Notes: generated by a model from the letters alone, not told the origin. 64,000 nt of DNA from Macrostomum lignano (GCA_002269645.1 NIVC01000629.1:310001-374000), one strand, 5' to 3'. Shown: positions 22,830 through 36,226, numbered from the stretch's first letter. Numbers and translations are program-made.

Positions 22830-23340
22830 TTTCCTACTCTACTTCTCTTTACTTCTACTCTACTTCTCTCTCCCTCTACTCTACTTCCCTCTCTCCCTCT
22901 GCTCTACTTCTCTCTCCCTCTACTCTACTTCCCTCTCTCCCTCTGCTCTACTTCTCTCTCCCTCAACTTTTTCCTTTCCCACACTCCACTCCCCTTTTCT
23001 CTCCCTCTACTCTACTTCTCTCTCCCTCTACTCTACTTCTCTCTCCCTCTACTCTACTTCTCTCTCCCTCTACTCTACTTCTCTCTCCCTCTACTCTACT
23101 TCTCTCTCCCTCTACTCTACTTCTCTCTCCCTCTACTCTACTTCTCTCTCCCTCTACTCTACTTCTCTCTCCCTCTACTTTACTTCTCTCTCCCCCTATT
23201 CTACTTCTCTCTCCCTCTGCTCTACTTCTCTCTCCCCCTACTCTACTTTTCTCCCCGTCTACTTTTCCTTTCCCACCCTCCATTCCCCTTCTCTCTCCCT
23301 GTACTCCCTTTTTCTCTCCCTCTACTCTCCCTGTCTTCTA
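22830..23340. repeat. Pyrimidine-rich minisatellite, 21-bp unit (CTACTTCTCTCTCCCTCTACT)
   Basis: Direct inspection. Confidence 0.92.
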
Positions 23341-23934
23341 CAATTCGAACTAAATTTCGCGCCTCAATACAACAGTTGCAATGCAGGTAACCTGTGCTGT
23401 GTCTTACAATGCCTACGATTTACAAAAAATACAAATTTCAGCGGCAGAAATCTATTAGCACAGCCTGGCAAACCGCCCCTGATCCCCACTTGGTGTTTTC
23501 CACAGTTGTTCCCTAATAGCGCCCCAATAACCTGCCTCTCTGTCCCGCGCCAACCCCGCCTCGCTTCTTTAAACACCGGAAGAAAAGGGAGCCCGTTCGC
23601 TTTGGGGGGGGGTTGGCGATTCTTTTAGTAATGGAAGAGAGGAACTGGAAAACGGAGTGATCCCCATGCTGCCCATGAACCGTAATCTTAGCCTGATCCC
23701 TATCGCTCTTTCAAGCCAGCCAGTTCCTAACCCAGCCCGCCCTCCAACTCTTTAATCCACTTTGCATTCAGCAGCAGACCTGGCTCTCCCATATGGCTGG
23801 CAGAAACTCCACCCCAACTCCCCTCTCAGCTGATAGGCAATACCAAAATACTGGGCACAACTGGGCTTGTGGGAGTCCATCTGCTGTCCTATAGACGCGT
23901 GTCAATAAGTGTGCTGCAACCGCTACAACTGTTT

Positions 23935-24150
23935 TGCATCCTAACACCCTCACACCCTCACATCCTAACACCCTCACATCCTCGCATCCTAACACCCTCA
24001 CATCCTCACATCCTAACACCCTCACACCCTCACATCCTAACACCCTCACATCCTCGCATCCTAACACCCTCACATCCTCACATCCTAACACCCTCACACC
24101 CTCACATCCTCACATCCTAACACCCTCACATCCTCACATCCTCACATCCT
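23935..24150. repeat. Minisatellite, 24-bp unit (CATCCTAACACCCTCACAYCCTCA)
   Basis: About 9 copies. Confidence 0.92.
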
Positions 24151-24224
24151 AACACACTCTATACATTAATTGTAGCATTCTAATCTATAAATATTTCTAT
24201 TAGGTATTAGTTCCTACTGTCTGT

Positions 24225-25475
24225 CCCAGTGTCTGTCTCAGTGTCTGTCTCAGTGTCTGTCTCAGTGCCTGTCTCAGTGTCTGTCCCAGTGTCTGTCCCA
24301 GTGTCTGTCTCAGTGCCTGTCTCATGTCTGTCTCAGTGTCTGTCCCAGTGTCTGTCTCAGTGTCTGTCTCAGTGTCTGTCTCAGCGTCTGTCTCAGTGTC
24401 TGTCTCAGTGTATGTCCCAGTGTCTGTCTCAGTGTCTGTCTCAGTGTCTGTCTCAGTGTGTGTCTCAGTGTGTGTCTCAGTGTGTGTCTCAGTGTCTGTC
24501 TCAATGTCTGTCTCAGTGCCTGTCTCATGTCTGTCTCAGTGTCTGTCCCAGTGTCTGTCTCAGTGTCTGTCCCAGTGTCTGTCTCAGTGCCTGTCTCATG
24601 TCTGTCTCAGTGTCTGTCTCAGTGTCTGTCTCAGTGTCTGTCTCAGTGTCTGTCCCAGTGTCTGTCCCAGTGTCTGTCCCAGTGTCTGTCCCAGTGTGTG
24701 TCTCAGTGTCTGTCTCAGTGTCTGTCTCAGTGTCTGTTTCAGTGTCTGTCTCAGTGTCTGTCTCAGTGTCTGTCTCAGTGTCTGTCTCAGTGTCTGTCTC
24801 AGTGTCTGTCCCAGCGTCTGTCTCAGTGTCTGTCCCAGTGGCTGTCTAAGTGCCTGTCTCAGTGTCTGTCCCAGTGTCTGTCTCAGTGTATGTCCCAGTG
24901 TCTGTCCCAGTGTCTGTCTCAGTGCCTGTCTCATGTCTGTCTCAGTGTATGTCCCAGTGTCTGTCTCAGTGTATGTCCCAGTGTCTGTCCCAGTGTCTGT
25001 CTCAGTGTATGTCTCAGTGTCTGTCCCAGTGTCTGTCTCAGTGCCTGTCTCGTGTCTGTCTCAGTGTCTGTCCCAGTGTCTGTCTCAGTGTCTGTCTCAG
25101 TGTCTGTCTCAGTGTCTGTCTCAGTGTCTGTCCCAGTGTCTGTCTCAGTGTCTGTCCCAGTGTCTGTCCCAGTGTCTGTCCCAGTGTCTGTCCCAGTGTC
25201 TGTCCCAGTGTCTGTCCCAGTGTCTGTCTCAGTGCCTGTCTCAGTGTCTGTCTCAGTGTCTGTCTCAGTTTCTGTCTCAGTGTCTGTCTCAGTGTCTGTC
25301 TCAGTGTCTGCCTCAGTGTCTGTCCCAGTGTCTGTCTCAGTGTCTGTCCCAGTGTCTGTCCCAGTGTCTGCCTCAGTGTCTGTCCCAGTGTCTGTCTCAG
25401 TGCCTGTCTCATGTCTGTCTCAGTGTCTGTCCCAGTGTATGTCTCAGTGTCTGTCTCAGTGTATGTCTCAGTGTC
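24225..25475. repeat. 12-bp satellite (TGTCTGTCTCAG)n, plus orientation
   Basis: About 100 copies; same family as 30895-32237 in opposite orientation. Confidence 0.95.
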
Positions 25476-26014
25476 TAAGTGTCTTTGTGTCCGCCCGTCC
25501 ATCTGTCTGTCCCCCTGTCCCCAGTCGATCCCATGCAGTTCCTATGCAACACCTACCTTTATCCCATCAATTGCTTTCATCATTCCCCAGGCAGTCAGGC
25601 CGTCAGTACGCCAGGCACGCGGCCCACAGAAGAGCTGCGACCACCCCCTGCTTTTCCTCTCCTCTGGACCGGCGCACCAGCACTGGTTTATCCCAGGATG
25701 GGGTCTTCAGACCTCGAAGCGCATCTTCTTCAAGTATTCCTTTGCTTAACTTTTCCCTCCAGGATTTTCTGCCCTCCAGCCGTGGCCGCCGCGTCTTTAA
25801 TACACCCCACGAACCGCAGCCTGAGAAAGCAACCAGAGCGGCAGGCATGAACTGGGGGACCGGCACTGCACGGGCCTGGTGAGTGGCCCCACAAGGAGAC
25901 AGGAAAAAATAAAGCTCTGCTCTCCAAGCGGTGAAGCTGATACTGAGATTCTTTAATATTTTCGTACGTGCAGTGTGGAAATAACTCAATGAGATGATCA
26001 GATCCCGATGGGAT

Positions 26015-26745
26015 GAGCACCTGTGGGAACACGGGATCAGATCCCGATAGGATGAGCATCTGTGGGAACACGGGATCAGATCCCGATAGGATGAGCATCT
26101 GTGGGAACACGGGATCAGATCCCGATAGGATGAGCATCTGTGGGAACACGGGATCAGATCCCGATAGGATGAGCATCTGTGGGAACACGGGATCAGATCC
26201 CGATAGGATGAGCATCTGTGGGAACACGGGATCAGATCCCGATGGGATGAGCATCTGTGGGAACACGGGATCAGATCCCGACAGGATGAGCATCTGTGGG
26301 AACACGGGATCAGATGCCGATAGGATGAGCACCTGTGGGAACACGGGATCAGATCCCGATAGGATGAGCACCTGTGTGAACACGGGATCAGATCCCGATA
26401 GGATGAGCACCTGTGTGAACACGGGATCAGATCCCGATGGGATGAGCACCTGTGGGAACACGGGATCAGATCCCGATGGGATGAGCACCTGTGGGAACAC
26501 GGGATCAGATCCCGATAGGATGAGCACCTGTGGGAACACGGGATCAGATCCCGATGGGATGAGCACCTGTGGGAACACGGGATCAGATCCCGATAGGATG
26601 AGCACCTGTGGGAACACGGGATCAGATCCCGATGGGATGAGCACCTGTGGGAACACGGGATCAGATCCCGATGGGATGAGCACCTGTGGGAACACGGGAT
26701 CAGATCCCGATAGGATGAGCACCTGTAGGAACACGGGATCAGATC
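26015..26745. repeat. Minisatellite, 39-bp unit (ATGAGCACCTGTGGGAACACGGGATCAGATCCCGATAGG), about 19 copies
   Basis: Direct inspection; explains three overlapping pseudo-ORFs. Confidence 0.96.
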
Positions 26746-27261
26746 CCAGTACTGCATTCTGGAGCAGGGATTAGAGACACACGAGTAAAACACCAACACA
26801 GAAAACAGAAAACCAAATTCAGTAATGAGTCACACATTACAATTGTCAAACAAGTGGGTAGTCAGTTATTAATTTCAAATATTTTTACACAGCTTGTTGA
26901 CAGTAGAGCAGCAGACACGGAAGAAAAGAAGCAACAAATAAAGCAGATTAGAATTGTTTGTTTTAATATGCAACACAAATATTTGTACAAACCAAAAGTG
27001 TCTGAGTAATATGGTTATAGCAATAGTAATAATAATAGAATACTAATATCAAGTGCGTGAAAGTGTCTAACTAAAATCAGTGCTCATTTATTATGATAAA
27101 GTTTTATTGGGGCCAATCGGGCAGCGGGACATCACTGCCGCTCTCACGCACTCGGACCGCTGACTCGCACAGCTCGCTGAGTCATCCTTGGTTGAGTTCA
27201 GGTTGAGCAGCAGCTGAGATTGCCGTCCTCACTGCCGATTGGGGGGCCGCGCGTGCAAGCC

Positions 27262-27287
27262 TCACTTTGGAATGGGTGGGAAGGCCG
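27262..27287 (-). CDS. Probable terminal coding exon of the scribbler/ZNF608 homolog (AAFPPIPK*)
   Basis: Acceptor TCTCATTTCAG at 27288-27289 in the required phase 1; AATAAA on minus at 27103-27108 and 27087-27092. Additional exons in 27700-28140 are possible. Confidence 0.4.
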
Positions 27288-27334
27288 CTGAAATGAGATC
27301 GCCGGGTGGCTTGTCAGCTGTCAGCTTCATCCTA

Positions 27335-27690
27335 TGTATATTCCCACTCTAGCTATCTCGTTTCTCTTATATCTATTTCCTTATCTCTATTCTCACCCTA
27401 TCTATCTCATTTCTCTAATCTCTATTCCCTTATCTCTATTCTCACCCTATCTATCTCATTTCTCTAATCTCTTATATCTATTCCCTTATCTCTATTCTCA
27501 CCCTATATATCTCATTTTTCTTATCTCCATTCTCACCCTATCTATCTCCTTTCTCCTATCTCTATTCTCACCCTATATCTATCTCATCTCATTTTTCTTA
27601 TATCTATTCTCAACGTATCTCATCTCCTTTCTCCTATCTCTATTCACACCCTATCTATCTCATTTCTCCAATCCATCTCATTTCTTGATC
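27335..27690. repeat. Degenerate CT/TA-rich low-complexity array
   Basis: CTATCTATCTCATTTCTC-type units. Confidence 0.85.
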
Positions 27691-28515
27691 TACCCTCATC
27701 ACATGGACTCCATCAAAGTCTCAAGGAAGTGGCCAATAGCGGAGCTCATCCTAAAGCGGCATGATAAGCCATCGAAGATGTCAAAACTGCTCTCATACAG
27801 GGGGGAGAGGGGACACCGGGCGGTGACCTCGAAGTCAAGTGGCCCCGCGGCAGCCGGGGTTTGCCACTCGCATGCCCGGCTCCCGACCGCCTCCTCCCTC
27901 ACATCCGGCCGCTCGCCCAGACACTGAGGCAGGCCGTCTGGAGGCTGGGTCGGGGCTGAGGCCCAACCAAATATAAGATGCAGACGGAGGAACTGAGAAC
28001 AAGGCGGAAGCCCTCGCCGCGTTTGAGAGGGAGAGAGGGAAATCCCATTGAGGACTGATGCAGCTGCATCGATGCGGCTCTCGGGAGTCTGGGTGATGCA
28101 GAAGAGGCGATGTGGGAGGATGAAGAGGCCTCTGCAAAAACTAGAAAGGGGAGGAGGGAGCCAGCAGCTTGCCGGGCAATCATGCGAGCATTAGGGGAGA
28201 GACGGAGAGGGAGAGGTCTAAGAAGGCCTGCCATGCCCCCCCCCCTAATCTCAGAGCGCTGAGCCGGAGTGAGGAGCGGAGAATGGGAAGCCTTGATGCC
28301 ACCTCACACTCCCACTGTGACACGCATCCCAAAACCGCAGCAATGCCTTACACAGAGGCAGTTGCAGCGCATTCAGTGAGAAGGCCTGTGTTTGTGTTTG
28401 CCGGGAGAAGTGATGAGGGAGCCCCGCTTCTGCAATGGAAACTAAACAAGCAATCAATATCTCACAGAGTGAGTGAGAGCTGGGGATGAGCGCTGCGGGT
28501 GGTTCGGCTGCTTAA

Positions 28516-28584
<69 letters not shown>

Positions 28585-28589
28585 CTCAC

Positions 28590-28991
28590 CGTGGTGAAAC
28601 CCGCCAACAAAGCCAGCAAACGGGTCGGCTGGGTACGGGGCTGGCGGGGGACCAGGCGGCAGAAACTGCGGCGGCGGCGGCTGCGGAGCCCCACTGCCCG
28701 TGCTGGCCGAGGAGCCGCCACCAATGGGAAATCCGGTCCCCGCGGAGGAAGAGACGGCGGCAGCGGCAGCCGCGGCCGCGGCGAAGGCGGCCTCCATAAA
28801 GCGGAGCTGCTCGAGCTCGTACAGCTTTCTGGGGTCGGCGGGAGGCCAGTAGAGCTGATGGGGCGGGAGCGGCTGCTGCGGCTGCGGCGGCTGAGGAAGG
28901 AGGCTGGCCACAGATGTTGGTGGGGGATCAGCCTTTGGCGACTGTGGAGGCGGCGGGGGCGGCGGGGGTGCCACGGTAGTTCCGATGCACG

Positions 28992-29074
<83 letters not shown>

Positions 29075-29657
29075 GGATTCTTGGACCCGCCGGCCTCCCG
29101 CTGCTGCTGCTGACGCTTCGCTGCAGCCGAAACCGCTGGCTTCCGCTGCTCGGGGACTTTGAACACGGGGTGCGGATCGGCGCCCCCCTGAGGACTCGAC
29201 GATGCCGTCGACGGCGTCTGCGGATCTGCAAGCGGTTGCGGAGGTGGCGGTGGCGGGCGCCTGCGTTCCGAGTGACAGTCGTTGTGGTGCCACTTCATGG
29301 CCAGCTCGTTGATGAATCGCTTGGAGCAGTCGGGATGAGGACAAGAGACTGGGAGAAGCTGCTGCTTGGTGGCAGCGCGGCTGTGCTGTGGCTGCTGCTG
29401 CGGCTGCGAGCGCCTCCGGTTGATGATGGCCCCGTTGGAGGCGGCGGCGGCCGCTGCTGCGGCTCGACGCTTTCGTCCAGTTGACGGAGGTGAAGATCGG
29501 TGAGTCTTCTGCTGCTGCTCTGCCTGCTGCTCCTGGCACTCCTGCTGCTGTTGCTGCTGTGCGCTTGGCTCAGAAGAGACCAGGTCGCGCTGAGACGAGT
29601 CTAGCAGGGTGCCAACGTAGGTTCGACCGCGCCAGGTGACGTTAACGACTAGCATGC
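28590..29657 (-). CDS. ZNF608: Scribbler/brakeless (ZNF608/609) homolog, exon 3: second half of conserved domain, C2H2 finger (29272-29343), polyQ/polyP
   Basis: GMLVVNVTWRGRTYVGTLLDS and CPHPDCSKRFINELAMKWHHNDCH; acceptor at 29658-29659, donor G|GTGAGA at 28588-28589; 1068 nt, phase 1/1. Confidence 0.9.
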
Positions 29658-29667
29658 CTGCAGTGCC

Positions 29668-30308
29668 AGATGCGAGATGAGTATGGGTGAGATGAGTATG
29701 GGTGAGATGAGTATGGGTGAGGTGAGTATGGGTGAGATGAGTATGGTGAGGTGAGCATGGGTGAGATGAGTATGGGTGAGGTGAGTATGGGTGAGATGAG
29801 TATGGTGAGGTGAGCATGGGTGAGATGAGTATGGGTGAGGTGAGTATGGGTGAGATGAGTATGGTGAGGTGAGCATGGGTGAGATGAGTATGGGTGAGAT
29901 GAATGGGGTGAGATGAGTGTGGTGAGATGAGTGGGGTGAGATGAATGGGGTGAGATGAGTGGGGTGAGATGAGTGGGGTGAGATGAGTGGGGTGAGATGA
30001 GTGGGGTGAGATGAGTGGGGTGAGATGAATGGGGTGAGATGAGTGGGGTGAGATGAGTGGGGTGAGATGAATGGGGTGAGATGAGTGGGGTGAGATGAGT
30101 GGGTTGAGATGAATGGGGTGAGATGAGTGGGGTGAGATGAGTGGGTTGAGATGAGTGAGATGAGTGGGGTGAGATGAGTGGGGTGAGATGAGTGGGGTTG
30201 AGATGAGTGGGGTGAGATGAGTGGGGTGAGATGAGTGGGGTGAGATGAGTGGGGTTGAGATGAGTGGGGTGAGATGAGTGGGGTGAGATGAGTGAGATGA
30301 GATGAGTC
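29668..30308. repeat. Intronic 15-20-bp array (GGGTGAGATGAGT core)
   Basis: Begins immediately upstream of the exon 3 acceptor. Confidence 0.93.
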
Positions 30309-30894
30309 AATGGTGATGGCCGATCAGGGGCCAGAGGAAATCGAGTTATTCAACCAGAATCGCCTAGCCGGCCACATGGGCCTCAGCGGCAGGGTTGCAA
30401 GATCGGCAAGCAGCGCAAAGAGCCCCCCCCCGGCTGACAGCGCATTCGATATCAGACTAATCTGTGCCCCGGTGCACCGATCGATAAGAGGGCCTGCGCA
30501 CCCACCAGTGCTGTCAATGTGGAAACCATGTTTTAACTCCTTAACTTGCTTCAACTACCGCCCGGTGTGTTATCGCGGCCAGGCAGCAACCCCCTCCGCC
30601 TCCCGCCTCTGCAGGAGGTCGTAAATAATTAATTAGGGCGCGCTGAGCCGACAACAGATTAAGATGCAGACAGCGACGAGAGGGAGGAAGTTAGGGAGGT
30701 AGCCAGGGCCTCTCAAGCAGGTATTGGTGGAGGCGCAAGTGCTTGCTAAACGAATTTGCTGCGCCGTCGGCCGGTTGGTGAAATTGCATTTGGATTGACT
30801 TTTAGCGCTTACCAGTGCGCAAGATCAGAGCTGGATTCAAATTATTGCCTGCCAGCTTAGTTTAGTTTAGAGAGGAAAGGAGATTAATGATACT

Positions 30895-32237
30895 CTGGCA
30901 GACACTGAGACAGACACTGAGACAGACACTGAGACAGACACTGAGACAGACACTGAGACAGACACTGAGACAGACACTGAGACAGACACTGAGACACACA
31001 CTGAGACAGACACTGGGACAGACACTGAGACAGACACTGAGACAGACACTGAGACAGACACTGAGGCAGACACTGGGACAGACACTGAAACAGACACTGA
31101 AACAGACACTGAGACAGACACTGAGACAGACACTGAGACAGACACTGAGACAGACACTGAAACAGACACTGAAACAGACACTGAGACACACACTGAGACA
31201 GACACTGAGACAGACACTGAAACACACACTGAGACAGACACTGAGACAGACACTGAGACAGACACTGAGACAGACACTGAGACAGACACTGAGACAGACA
31301 CTGAGACAGACACTGAGACACACACTGAGACAGACACTGAGACAGACACTGAGACAGACACTGAGACAGACACTGAGACAGACACTGAAACAGACACTGA
31401 GACAGACACTGAAACAGACACTGAAACAGACACTGAGACAGACACTGAGACAGACACTGAGACAGACACTGAGACAGACACTGAGACAGACACTGAGACA
31501 GACACTGAGGCAGACACTGAGACAGACACTGAGGCAGACACTGAGACAGACACTGAGACAGACACTGAGGCAGACACTGAGGCAGACACTGAGACAGACA
31601 CTGAGGCAGACACTGAGACAGACACTGAGACAGACACTGAGACAGACACTGAGACAGACACTGAGACAGACACTGAGGCAGACACTGACAGACACTGAGA
31701 CAGACACTGGGACAGACACTGGGACAGACACTGAGGCAGACACTGAGACAGACACTGAGACAGACACTGAGGCAGACACTGAGACAGACACTGAGACAGA
31801 CACTGAGGCAGACACTGAGGCAGACACTGACAGACACTGAGACAGACACTGGGACAGACACTGAGACAGACACTGAGACAGACACTGAGACAGACACTGG
31901 GACAGACACTGAGACAGACACTGAGACAGACACTGAGACAGACACTGAGACAGACACTGGGACAGACACTGGGACAGACACTGAGACAGACACTGAGACA
32001 GACACTGAGACAGACACTGAGACAGACACTGGGACAGACACTGAGACAGACACTGAGACAGACACTGAGACAGACACAGGGACAGACACTGAGACAGACA
32101 CAGGGACAGACACTGAGACAGACACTGGGACAGACACTGAGACAGACACTGAGACAGACACTGAGACAGACATTGAGACAGACACTGGGACAGACACTGA
32201 GACAGACACTGAGACAGACACTGAGGCAGACACTGAG
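30895..32237. repeat. 12-bp satellite (CAGACACTGAGA)n, minus orientation of the 24225-25475 family
   Basis: About 110 copies. Confidence 0.95.
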
Positions 32238-32695
32238 AGAAAAGTAGCGCAGCAGCAGCAGCCATACCGGGCGCTAACGGGGGGACTGCATGGGCATTTG
32301 AAGTGGGCATTGAAGAAGACAGTTGCCGCGGTCCTTGAAAGGGAAGAGAGAAGGCCCGAGGCTCGCTGCCCACTTTCCAGTCGCCGTCACCCAGTCGGAA
32401 TCTGAGGCCAAACCTGCCCGTCCCCGCCCCGGGTGTCCGATATTCTCGGCCATCGGCCGGTCAGCTGTTTGGATCTGATTCCTTCCCTTGCTGCGCCGGT
32501 GCCTCACTCTCGCTCCCAGTCTCCTCTCTTCCCCTCCCTTCACTCATTTCTCTCTATCCCTCGCCTGGTCTAAGTTGGGAATAATATACACACACTGCTG
32601 ACTGGAGTGGGCCCAGTTTAGATGAGCTCCACTAATCCTTTCCAGCAAATAATTTGAAACAGTCTTAACAGTTATTGTTAGTCACCACAGCTTAC

Positions 32696-32858
32696 CTGAG
32701 CCGGTCTCCAGCCATACAATGCCGTCAAGGTTAATATTGGTGCCTGGATCGCACGGGCCGAGGCACTCGGGCTCAATGTTGGTAGCCTTAGTTGTGCCCG
32801 ATGCTGCACTGACGGAGGCTGCTGGGTTGGCGGCGGCCTTCTTCATCTTTTTATTAGC
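32696..32858 (-). CDS. ZNF608: Scribbler/ZNF608 homolog, exon 2: first half of conserved domain
   Basis: [29 protein letters not shown]; acceptor TTCCTTTTCAG at 32859-32860 (alternative in-frame AG at 32934-32935); donor G|GTAAGC at 32694-32695; joins exon 3 in frame. Confidence 0.9.
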
Positions 32859-32944
32859 CTGAAAAGGAATTTTAGCAGTAGTGAGTGCTGCATGCATGAC
32901 TGCAGGTGTGTTCGCTGCTGAGCTTGTTCTTAACTGGTAATGCA

Positions 32945-33765
32945 GCTTTGCTGTAGCTATATTACAGCATTACTGTATTTACTGTAGCTGCATTACAGCC
33001 TTACTGTATTTACTGTAGCTATATTACAGCATTACTGTATTTACTGTAGCTATATTACAGCATTACTGTATTTACTGTAGCTATATTACAGCATTACTGT
33101 ATTTACTGTAGCTATATTACAGCCTTACTGTATTTGCTGTAGCTATATTACAGCCTTACTGTATTTACTGTAGCTATATTACAGCATTACTGTATTTACT
33201 GTAGCTGCATTACAGCCTTACTATATTTGCTGTAGCTGCATTACAGCCTTACTGTATTTACTGTAGCTATATTACAGCATTACTGTATTTACTGTAGCTG
33301 CATTACAGCCTTACTATATTTGCTGTAGCTGCATTACAGCCTTACTGTATTTACTGTAGCTATATTACAGCCTTACTGTATTTACTGTAGCTATATTACA
33401 GCCTTCTGTATTTACTGTAGCTGCATTACAGCCTTACTGTATTTACTGTAGCTATATTACAGCCTTACTGTATTTACTGTAGCTATACTACAGCATTACT
33501 GTATTTGCTGTAGCTATATTACAGCCTTACTATATTTGCTGTAGCTGCATTACAGCCTTACTGTATTTACTGTAGCTATATTACAGCCTTACTGTATTTA
33601 CTGTAGCTATATTACAGCCTTCTGTATTTACTGTAGCTGCATTACAGCCTTACTGTATTTACTGTAGCTATATTACAGCCTTACTGTATTTACTGTAGCT
33701 ATATTACAGCCTTCTGTATTTACTGTAGCTGCATTATAGCCTTACTGTATTTACTGTAGCTATGA
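32945..33765. repeat. Intronic minisatellite, 31-bp unit (TTACTGTATTTACTGTAGCTATATTACAGCC)
   Basis: About 26 copies; internal CTGTA/TACAG hairpin. Confidence 0.95.
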
Positions 33766-35564
33766 AAGCAATAATGGTAATGAGTTTGAAATGACGAATA
33801 ATGTAAGCTCGTCAGCTTTTAACAAATTCTCCGGAATGAATCCCGTTACATCTGGGGAGTTTCGAGTTCAAAAATATTCAAAGCCACTGATGCGGTACAG
33901 CTAACTGCCTGCCGATAGACCAATAGCGGCACTGAGCTGTGCTCAAGGGGAGGATATCAATTGCAGCACTTCCTGTTGTTTAAAGCCATACGTAGTCCTC
34001 TCTAAATGCCTGTTTAAAACCACGCGTAGTCCTCTCTACGCTCGTAAATGCCGACCCTGCTCTCCGGCTGTCATCAGAGCGGTCCCAGTCAGAGAAAGAG
34101 AATGCGACAAGTGCCATGGATGATTGCTTGAGAATAGAGTGAAAAACAGGTACGTATCAACCTGAATTACAATTCCCCAAGTCTAATTCCCCGGCCTAAG
34201 GGACTTGCTATCCAAAGACGACGATATTCTATAGAAACCTGGACTAGATGGAAGACAGACAGCCCAACTGCGATCCTGATTTACGCAAGTGGAAAATTGA
34301 AGCGCACGGAGAGGCTGCGGTACTGCATGAGGTGATTTTATTAACGGGTGTTTGCCCCTCCAATTTTTCACTTCCACGGGCACTGGCTTCCAGTCCAGAC
34401 AATCAGAGCTCCTTGGCTGGCTTATACGGCCCCCTCTACATGTATACAACGGCCGAGTTTCGACATTTGGGTCTTCCAATGTCCTGAAAACTTATTGTGC
34501 TGGACTAAAACTAGCAGGTAGGCTGGCAAGTGTTCATGTGTAGCTCTGGCTAATAAATGAAACGAATATTGAACTGGAAATTGAAACTGAAAGAAGTAAA
34601 ATAATAGCTGTGCCAGGAACACCCCATAGAAACCTCCAGAGCCGCCTCCCTCGGGGAGGGGGGGGGGACGACACAAATGCTAGTCCCTTGATACTAAACT
34701 TTCCTGATCCGTGTTCTTTATCTTGCATTGAATGCAAACAGAATCCCCCCAGCGCATAGATATGACTGCGGCCTGGCCCGAGTGACAGCAGCGCGGAACT
34801 CGTCTGAGCAGTCAGCCCTCTCAAGCTTCAAAATGGGAAGAATGGGATTATAGAGCTCGCTATAGCGCGTGTATGTGTGGTTAGGGGAAGTGGGGAAATT
34901 GAGGGTGCAGGGGAAGACTTGCCCGGGGGAAAGGGCCGGGTGAATAGGGAAGAGAGACAGATGAGGAAGGGACGAGAGTGAGATCTTGCGTGGCGTGTGA
35001 AGTCTCTGGCGGGGACGACTGCTGGCCTCTCTGCTTTATAATACATAACACACACACACTGGGCCCAGTGAGCAGTAGGGAGCTCTTTCATCATCCATAT
35101 ATACATAATCTGCAATAGGCAGCAGCCTGAGCGAAGTGTTAGTGTGTTGAGCATTCCCTATCCCTTACCGCCACTCCCCAGCCAGCCAGCACAACAAAAA
35201 TTGTTCCCGGGATCTGATCCCGGGAGGTGGCAGGCCGGGCGTTGAAGGGCAAATTGCCTAATCTCCCAGCTCCCCAGATGATGGCAGGGCGATAATCTGC
35301 ATTCCTCAATCTGCTCAGCCACCACTGAGCTGTAGCTGAGCTGGGAGGGTTGGGGAAGGCAGTGACCAGACAGCAGGGGGAGCGAGAGTCAATCGGGATG
35401 GGAGAATGACTGTGGGCTGTTACCAGCCAACCATATTTATTAATTGCCTCTGCATTTTCTAGTCCAACAATTCAAGAAGGTGAGTTGAGAGCATTGCTGC
35501 GATTCAGGTTTTATATTTTGTTGGCAACACTTAAACTCCTTCACATTCCTTCGCAATTAATGTC

Positions 35565-36050
35565 ATTTGATGAGATGAGAGTGACTTTGATGAGATGAGT
35601 GTGGTTTTGATGAGATGAGTGTGGTTTTGATGAAATGGGTGTGGTTTTGATGAGATGGGTGTGGTTTTGATGAGATGAGTGTGGTTTTGATGAGATGAGT
35701 GTGGTTTTCATGAGATGAGTGTGGTTTTGATGAGATGAGTGTGGTTTTCATGAGATGAGTGTGGTTTTCATGAGATGAGTGTGGTTTTCATGAGATGAGT
35801 GTGGTTTTCATGAGATGAGTGTGGTTTTGATGAGATGAGTGTGGTTTTCATGAGATGAGTGTGGTTTTCATGAGATGAGTGTGACTTTGATACGATAAGT
35901 ACACCTTGATGAGATAAGTGGCCCCTTGATACGATTAATGGCCCCTTGATGTGATGAGTGGCCCCTTGATGTGATGAGTGGCTCCTTGATGTGATGAGTG
36001 GCCCCTTGATGTGATGAGTGGCCCCTTGATGTGATGAGTGGCAATTGGAT
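35565..36050. repeat. Two adjacent 20-bp arrays (GATGAGATGAGTGTGGTTTT, then GATGTGATGAGTGGCCCCTT)
   Basis: Direct inspection. Confidence 0.92.
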
Positions 36051-36158
36051 CCTGTTGCAGATGCTGGACACATGCCAGCGGTCCTTACAGGCTAATATTG
36101 CAGTCTTGCTTAATCAAATACCAGCTCGCACTCAGAGAATACTGAATCGTTTCCTCAC

Positions 36159-36226
36159 CTCGGACGGCTTGCCACCGCCGCTGCTCTTTCGTTTGTTCGA
36201 CTGAGCTGAGGCTGAGGTTCTGCTAG

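Noticed and set aside
27699-28234. Definite additional scribbler exons
   Set aside because: Two different phase-1 acceptors are possible and no convincing donor or homology was found; left unresolved.
24229-32373. Long SV/CLSQ/QTLR ORFs
   Set aside because: Products of the 12-bp satellite; open in multiple frames.
32240-32400. Extra scribbler exon (MGSEPRAFSLPFQG...)
   Set aside because: Would interrupt the conserved domain that joins cleanly from 32696 to 29657.
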